A stretch of DNA of 64,000 nucleotides from Ascidiella aspersa (lineage: Eukaryota). Below, piece by piece: positions 51,001 through 60,000 of this stretch (the first letter of the stretch is position 1; each line of letters opens with the position of its first letter). A program made the position numbers and the translations under genes. Where the stretch lies: assembly GCA_963924565.1 (NCBI GenBank), contig OZ004610.1:7068001-7132000 (forward strand), written 5' to 3'. The notes under the pieces are model-generated. The model was given only the letters and a program-made list of their open reading frames with translations. It was not told the origin of the DNA and did no database searches.

Positions 51001-54000
51001 AGCAGCATTCGCCAGGATCGCCGGCCAACGTCGCGTCATCGAGCGCCGGTTTTCTGCCAGCTGGACTTCAAGGCTACATGTACCCGCTGGCGGCCGCCGC
51101 TAACCCGGGCTATCTGATGGGCGCGCGGCAAGCTGCGTCGGGCGCACAGCAACCCGGATTCGGCCTGGCCGACCTATCCATGTTTCTGCCGCAGCAGCTG
51201 GCCGCGTACGGCGCCGCCAACGTGCTTCAAGGCCAGCTTCCGGGCGCCCTTGGCGGTCTGAGTGAGCACGAGAAGCGGCTGTATGAGAGCCTACAGCCAG
51301 GCTTCGCCCAAACGCCGGCTCACCTCCTAGCAAACCCCTACTTCAAGAGCTTCTGCGCGCCAGGCCTGGACGCCGCCGCTGTGGCGAAGGACGCAGCAGC
51401 AGCGGCGGCCGCGGCAAGCCAGCATCTACCAGCAGCGGCTGCGAGTGGCATGCCAGCAATGCCTGGATACTCTGTCGACTTCCTGCTGAAGTACCAGGAG
51501 GCACTGAACAGCGAGGCGCTTAAAATAAAGGGGATGTCGTCCCCCCAGTCGTCCTCTTCCCCGGCGCCGCGACGCTCGATCTCCCCCGACGCCCCTAAAA
51601 AGTCGGGGCCGATTCCCGGCTACCCCCTGGCCTACTTGCCCTCGTACCTGGCTAACCCGGCCTTGAGCAAGTCGCCCGTTCCCGAGCGCAAAGCTTCTAC
51701 CCCGAACATGGCCGCGGCGCACAAGAACGGCACCGGGGGACCATCCCCTCACCAGGAACCGGCCAGGCCATCTGGGTACCCGAACAGCCACGACATAATG
51801 AATGGCGACGAGGCGCGACGAAGACTTATGGCGCTTGCTCAAAGGTATTTTTATGTTAGTATGTTACAAATAGAGTTAGCTCCACCAGGCAACATATCAA
51901 TAGATTGAAATCGCTCTTCTTGTGAAAACGAAGTATAAACCGACGTTTCGGCAGCAGATACCAGCTGACCTGATGAAGTTCTACTTTGTTTACACCATAA
52001 GGTCGATGTCTATCTATTGATATTAGCATGTTGTCTGGAGTTTGTGTAGTTCCTTATAGGACAAGTAGAAAAGCCTGGGCAGTAATGCGTAACACCGTGT
52101 TACTGTAAAAATTAAAATAAATATTAAAGTTGAAGTGAATAGGAAAAACATGGTTCGAAGCGTTCACACATTTTGTCCGGCTTAAAATCCACTAAGCTCA
52201 AGGTTTAAAATATGCGTAAATTACTTGTTATAGAGCGCTCAGTTTTGTTCTGAAAACTCATTGCTTTTACGAACTCACTTAGTTGCTTTGCTCGTTTCGC
52301 ATTTTCGTCTCGCGAACGGATAATGGCGTTTTGTGTTATAGTTTTTCCGTTGATTACACGCCGAGCAATCAGCTTGCAGTGTACAGTCGGCGTTGTAATG
52401 ACTTGAGTCAATGACTTGACTTGAATGCACTTAGGTTGAAATTAAGTGTTTTCAGTAACATTTTTCGTAAAATTGGTTTATTTATCCATATTTTTGTACA
52501 TAAAGCAATTTGCTTGCCTTCTATTGCGTTTTTGGTATTTTTTAGTTAGTGTATTGTTCATAATCGGGCGAATTTACCCAATTTTAATAGCTTAACATGC
52601 AATTTTCATGACATGGACTTGGAATTAATTATGACTGGACTGGGACGTGACTTGTTAATTGTTCAAAAATACTTACTTGGACTAGAGTTATTTTAAAATG
52701 ACTTGTTTACAACATTGAACTACAAGCAGCTGGGAGTAATTTGCAAAACGGCCAAAAACAAGTCCAGGTCATTTTACGCGCGCCGCCGCAAATAGATGAA
52801 TTGCAAGGCGCAGAACCGGGCCTTGTCAATTCCTCGAAGCTCGCAGTATGCGCGTCCTATTCGAAATCTGAGTGAAAAAGCGTAGGGTTTTGGCAACAAA
52901 CCAGCGCCGGGCGCGCGTGCAAAGCGCTGACGCAACGCCGCGCCGCCATTGTCGGTCATCAATGGCTTGCATTGTTCCGAGCCAGTTCCGGTCGACTTGG
53001 CCGGTGACAGAGCCTGTTTACGGACTTTGCGCGGCCTTCGACGAAAAAAGCAGCACTAGCGGCTTTACGCTGAAGGCCGCGGCTTTCGCGATACGGCAAC
53101 TGATTAAAGCGTGTATACGCCAGCAGCAGTAGGCATCGCGGTTCCGCGTCGGCGCGCCGGTTTTATCTCACTTCATCCTTGGGCCACTTGTTTACAGAGC
53201 GACCGTTTGGTCCTCCTGTCCTCGGGAGTAACTTTTACGTCTTGAGCAGGCCGCTGCTCGCTTCGTTGTTTTGTCGCGCTTCGAAAGCTTGTTGTTTCGC
53301 CGCCCGCGCCCTGTTTTGACAAGGTCCTTTTGTGGATTGCCAAGGCGGAATTCGCGCAGAATGCCATTCTGGCATGTTGGGCCGTGGTTATTCGCGCTGC
53401 CACAGCTTTATTTTACTGAGGCGCAGCAGAATCCATGTAGGCCAGTCGTGGCAACGTGTTACATTTTCTCATCCATAACTAGCGTATTTTCACCATCCGT
53501 TTTTGATGGCTAGTTAAAACGGGCCGGTATGTTCGCAACGATTTTTTTGGCTTTACCACTACAAAAGAGCAACAGGCCATCCTTTTTCAACCACCACTTG
53601 TAATTTTCCACGACCTGGGCGGTTTAAATGGCCACTTTAAAAACGGCGTGTCTCGTTTTTTTTTTCTGTGGCGCTATTTTTGGTCGGCTAGAAAAGGGGC
53701 AGCTGGTTTTAAAACAGTCAAGCCTTGGAGAAAAAAAGTTTACTTTTTTTAAGATGGTATTATGTCGCTTTTTAAAAATCGTCAACGCTGCCTGTCCAGT
53801 GCCAAAAAAAACTTGTTGTAGTCTAAAAGACTGCCCAATTCTAACTGACTTGGGCGTGGAAAAACAAGTCGTTTAAAATTAGGAAAAAGTGTAAAATATA
53901 CCGCACATTTTAACTCGCTTAAATTAGTGTGCTGTACCTCAGCCGAAAGTAGGTCACTTTCGCCGCCACGCGTTATTGCAAGCTTCTCAGATCGTGGCCA

Positions 54001-57000
54001 TGCAATTCGACTGTACCGTTCGCTGTCGATTGTGTTTGCGAAACACGAGGCCTGAGGGCTTGGCGCAATCGACCGAGTGCTCAGCCCGTAATCGCACACT
54101 GTTTATCGTTACCTGGCTTTGCTGTGTCGAATCACGGCGATCTTGCAACGGCAAAGGCAACACCAGCGCAAATCCGATCGATATGCTCAAAAAACAGTCG
54201 ATTTTTACTATTTTTTTTTCGTGATATAGTAAAGCTTTCGTATGGGTTCGCAGTTTGCTCGCGTTAATTTCATTATAATTTTTTAAAACATCGCCTGTTT
54301 AATACACTTATTTCAACTTAAAATGAATTCCAAACCCCTAAATCGCATGTTATATTATCAAAGCATTTTACGAGTAACTACATCTTCCAACCCACATAAT
54401 TCTGCTCCAACGTTTAATTTAAACTTATTCAATATAATTGAGTATAGCCAAGTGTTTGACTGAGTCAAAGTGAAACCGGGCCAAACTGTTTTTGCTCTAA
54501 AGTAAACAATGGCAAAACGCTGTTAGCTCCGACATTTGTGCGAAATCGAACCGTATTCGTCGACCAGCATTCCAGCAATGCCTTAATGCGCGGTAAGCAG
54601 TGCCCATCTACTATTACCTGTCCATCCCTGCGTTTTTTTCAAGACGCTGAAAGAATACCTCCAACAAATCGCGATTGAGAGAGAGGGAAGGCCGATTAAC
54701 ATTCCTCCAACCCGAGCCGCGACCGCCATGACTTAAGGTCCCCCGGCATTCTTGGCGGGCCTGGCCGCGCCCCGGTCATGCCCCCCCCGGCTTGTTTACA
54801 GTAGCCTGGCGATTAGCGTTACGCTCATCTGTTCTTTGGGATTTTTTACCCGATCGGGAGATATAACCACTGTGTCAAGGTTAGAATTAGATGAATGGCT
54901 GATTGCCGTGTCGGGTTTGTGCCGCGGAAAGAGTAAAAACATTCTACGATTTCCAAACTGCTGGCTAAGCAAAGAAATGCAGCAATGCTGGGCGAGGTTT
55001 GGGGGAAAAATTCCAAAAATAAAGAATGCAGGTCAAAGGGTGGAAAAAAACGAAAAAAATGCTATCCAAGATGCGGCAAAAAAACTAATAAACAGATAAA
55101 AAAAAATAGTTTGTTCCAGGCAGAGACAAATGTGCGAATGCGCGCTTCGAAAATATTTTTCGATCCTGTGCGAGAGTTGCGTAGGTCTGAAACACGCCGG
55201 CGCTTTTTCACGCGGCCGAAAGCAAATTCCTGTGCAGAGTTTCAAAATATTCGAAAAGTTTTCCGATAACAACAAAGCCCGCAATTTAATCCCGATAAGA
55301 TTGCGAGCGTTTCTCAACAGCACTTTCGCTTAAACGCGCCCAAATTCCGGCGCACGGGCCTTGAAACGACTAGCGCAAGTCGTGCTCTTGATACGCATGA
55401 GCCCTGGTGAGAAATAGCCTTCGAAGGTGTTTATCTCCAGGAAAGTAGCCGTTTTTTGTCCAGGTTAACCACATATTTGAAATGCCGCATCTCCGATACG
55501 CAGAGACCATGAAAAACGAAAGAAAAAAGAAAAACGCCGCTCCATTCTTGTGATCTAAATGCAAACACACGTTTTTTACCGAGCATTTGGAGTTTATGGA
55601 ATCGATATAAAGCGAAATGGATTTGATTTGATTGACGAAAAACCCTTGACTAATTTTCCAGTTTTGTTTGTGAAATTCCTCTTGCCGTAAGTTGCCACTA
55701 ATGTTATTTAATACGTTGTGAAAAGTGCGAAAATTAACTTCGCCTGAGTACCATATAGCTTGCTTATAGTTATGAGACGTCCAAATCAATAGATTGGCAG
55801 TGTTAAACCTTTTTGGGATTCCTTATTTGGGGAATCTTAAATAAAATCTAAACAAGGTGTAACTTGAAAGAAAACAAATTGCGCCTCTAGGTTAGCGTCT
55901 TATTTAGAAGTTCAATAAAAGAAAAATTCGTAAAAAAAATCGAAAATTTGTGAACTCCGAACTAATAACCTTCATTATATTTAAAACCTCCACCTAGCCC
56001 CCATTGTGGGAGGATATTAAAAAAAAAACTTTAACGTTGATCTTCCAACTAAAAAATTAAAAAAAAATCAGTTTCGGTTGTTTATTGGTCGAGCGAGAGA
56101 AAGTAGAAATAGGCCGCTGGGGCGTCAAGCAACTTTATCAGAGGATACCGCGGCATCCGCCCTTAATAGTGACCTGGGTGGTGGCGATTGGCGGTTGCCT
56201 TCCCCCTACACCTGTTTCCATTTCCAGAAGAGAAGTGAAGTGCGAAATATAGTCGAAACCGTGTCCTTATATCGCTGTTAGTCGCCCGCCAAATCACGGC
56301 TTTGAGAAGTGGTTCTTGTCCTTTCACCCTTTCTGCACCCTTTTGAAATCGCAAAACAAATTTCTCGGCAGCCTCCATGTGTAGAATTAGATAAATAACA
56401 GAAAACATGACAAAAAAACGACAAACGAATGGCGGTGTATAAATATTTTTGTAAACTTTACCAATCCCGATTTACCTTCCACCGAAAAAAATGCCTGGAA
56501 AAACTTCTAGTTAAAGTCTAAAAGACTTCTCAATTCCAACAGACCCAGGCGTGGAAAAACAAGTGAATAAATCAGAAGGATTGGGAAAACTAGGTGCCTA
56601 TGGCTATAGCGTATTTTAAACTCGCATAGATTAGTGTGCTGTGTGTATAAATATTTTTGTAAACTTCACCAACCCTGATTTTGTTCCCACCCAAAATTCT
56701 ATAAGCAGATTAAAGAAAATGCGCAATCTCCCGTAGATAACAAGCCCTGGCTTAATATAGAGAGGTGCCAAGATAAGCATCAGTGCTAGCAGCGGGATGC
56801 AAGACCAACCCGAGCGCCGCTGTTTGTTTTGCTTGCTTCGTGCGCAAAAAAGCTCCGATGACGACTTGGCAGGCATAATGCGGGACACCTGTCCGACAGC
56901 ACGGTGCGCTGTAGCAGCTGCAAAGATCGTCAAAGTTTCACAAACAAGCCCCAGTCGCTTGGTTCGCGTATATGTCCAACACACCTTCGGTTCTGCGCCT

Positions 57001-60000
57001 TTGCTATGAGTAAAGCGCCTTATGCTGGCGTACAGCTTTCGCTCGCCGCCATGTACTGGATTAATGCGCGGAAGTTGTGAGTTTTGCGTACATGAGCGTA
57101 TTTTTTGCGGCGTTCAACGGCGACGGAATCTCCGCGTCGGCTTATCTCGCTCGATCATCGACGATCGGGAAATTACGCCAGCGCTAAATGTGCCCCCGGG
57201 GTATTGGCTTCGACCTTTTTCGCCCAGCCGCTTGCTGCAGCCTCCTGTACGGTCGTCGGCGTCGGGCCAGCTAACGTTTAGCGGCCGAATCGGCTTAACG
57301 CTTAAAGGACGCATCGGTCGCCTTCGTAGAAATGACGGTGAAGCTTTTTTTTGCTGGAAAAAATGTGGCACGGGTTTTCGACTGTTGACCCGGCACGTGT
57401 TGTAATAGTCTTTCTGTCCGTAGGAATAAACTCTTGCAGTTAAAATGTGTCTGTTGAAACTTAGCTTCAGATCCGAGATGTTTTTTGAATTATTTTTTTT
57501 ATGCGTTAAAACTGATCATCAACCTTCTTTACGAAATCCTGGCAAACCTTTTAGGTCTGAAATGTGTTTGCGTTTTCCAAGTGTTGCGTTTGAAGTTTAG
57601 CAGCTTAGTTATTGTAATTTCGACAAAACTTAACACATCAAATCTAAAAAAATAGTTAAATTGTCTGTTTAATGCGTTAAGAGTTAAGACCGATGGGTTT
57701 CACCATTGGCTGTTAAAATTTAGTCGATATACATATATACAGTTAAACACCACTCGTCAAAATGCTTGATTTGTGAAATTCAATTTGCTAAAATTCAACT
57801 GCACGTTTTTGTGCGAAAATAGGTCTAAACCTCGACATATAATCCCCTAAAAGTTGTTTTAATGCGTTTACACAGTGTCACCTTTTACAACGCGCAGCGC
57901 TTTCTGCACAAACATCGCTAAACAGGCGCAAATCAAAGCGCTCCTTTTTTTCATGCGCACGCTGTAGAATGGGCGCTGTGCGACGCAAAAAAGTGCAACT
58001 CGTTTGTAAGCACGGAATCCATCAAATAGCCCGCGGTTGAGTCTAGTAGCTGAACACAGCACGTTTTATTATGGAAAGAAAACCGGCGTGATTCCGGGAA
58101 GATTTCTCGGCAACCACGCAGCTGTATCAACCCGGCGTCGGCTGGGTTAACGAGCGCAGTATTTTCCAAATCGCACCGGTTTATGTGTCAAAAATCGAAC
58201 GGCGATGCGTAGTACATTTTAAACAATAATTGACTGTTGGAAAAATCAGGGAAAACGTGCGAAATTAAAAAAATTAAATTGAAAGTTCTCGTTAAAATTA
58301 GTTTTGTTTTTTCATGGCAAAATCGCGTTGGAAATTGGACCACTAGCCCCTTTTAAACTGTTAATTAAGCTGTTTATTTCAAACCATATGGTAAAACACA
58401 CCACCTTAATTTTTTCGAACATTGGCGCGTTTTGCCATCAAAGATCACGGTTAAAATAGACCACTGATGCTTTGGAAATTTTTAATTACGCCTCCCGTAA
58501 CCTTTTCGTTTGCCATTTGTCCTAATCGCGACGTTAGCCGAAATTTGTTAGAGGCTTTCGGCATGGCTTGCAAAAGCTTTTAAACAGGGCCATCGGCGCT
58601 TTGCAAAACAGGCCTGTATAGGCTGGCCAGCTTAAGCACACCCAAAAAATATATATTTAGAGATTTAAACAAGGCGGTACCACACACCACTTCCTAGCAC
58701 CTCCCTGTCTGTTTTGAGAAGTGACGACGCAGCTGTAGGTCGTTTGCTGTTTTGCTTACGCCGATTAAAAACGCCAGCCTCCCACCACGCGATACAAAGT
58801 AAAAAGTCAACCTGGAAGCATCGCGACGCGACTTTACGACTTCAGCCGTTTTTCTTCACTGTTTTGACGCTAGCGTTTCTTTGCCGTCAGAAAACAAACA
58901 CACTTTGATTGACGGCCTGGCGATTATCTTGGCGTTCTGCTGTTCGCCTTCGCCTCGACAGTCATTCCGCGCGCGTTTTCCGACCGATGACGTCAATGCC
59001 ACATTCTTTGACGTCATACCGACAACAGCGCGTTAACGTCTTGTGCTTGGCCGGTTTCTTCACTGTTCTGACGGTCAAAAGTTACTATTAGCAGTTTCTA
59101 AAAAAACTGTACCTATATTTAATATTTGATTCAAAATTGATACATTTTTCGGCCTGCTCTAGTGAAATATTAACCAACGTACTACTAATAGAAAACAATG
59201 CCGGGTTAACCAGAATAGTTATACTCATTAGATTAACGCGTTGCCTATTATAGCGCCCTTTAAACACTTCCTTGTTTGGAGGTCCGATGGTTAACATTTT
59301 ATTCCAATACCGATAACTGATATTTTGTGTAAACATGCAAAGTAATATATATCAATAGAACAACAAAGCAAACGGAAGGTGGACCCGCAAAACAAACAGA
59401 CAGTTAAAACAAAATCAGATTCTTGCGAGAGAGAGCAACATCAAAAAAATCAAAAAAAAAAAAAAAAAAAAAAAAGAGAGAGAGAGAGCAACAAGAGAGA
59501 GCAATCAACATCTGTCCGATCCGATACCAAAAGACGTCAAAACTATGCTAAAAAATCAAAATAGATGAAATCGAAACGTCCAACGGCACTCGGTCCAAGT
59601 TTTGAAGTAAAAATTTGCCGGGGGTTGACAAGTTAAAAAAAGTTGACTCAGATGTTAACCAATTGTTTTTACACTAATTTACCTTTTAAGGGAGAATTGT
59701 TGAATTAGTTTGCAAATCATGGCTGAAATTCCTGTATTAATTTCGTATGTAATCGGCACCGAAACCACCCTAGTATCGACCAAGTAGAAATACTACAACT
59801 ATTATTAATATTTACACTGACACATTACCTACACGGTCTACACCATGAACAAAAAGGTAAAAATGTTAACCTTCTGCCGATGCGCAGTTCAACTCTAGCC
59901 CTACCTCCAAGTGGCGGCACCGTCTCCCTTTGGGAGAATGGATGTCCTGAGGACTGGGCTCGAACAATACTGACACTTCAGGCATCCCCGACCTACTTTT

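Noticed and set aside
50275-51842. Antisense ORFs (190, 86, 77, 138 aa)
   Set aside because: Shadows of the GC3-rich VGLL4-like exon 2.
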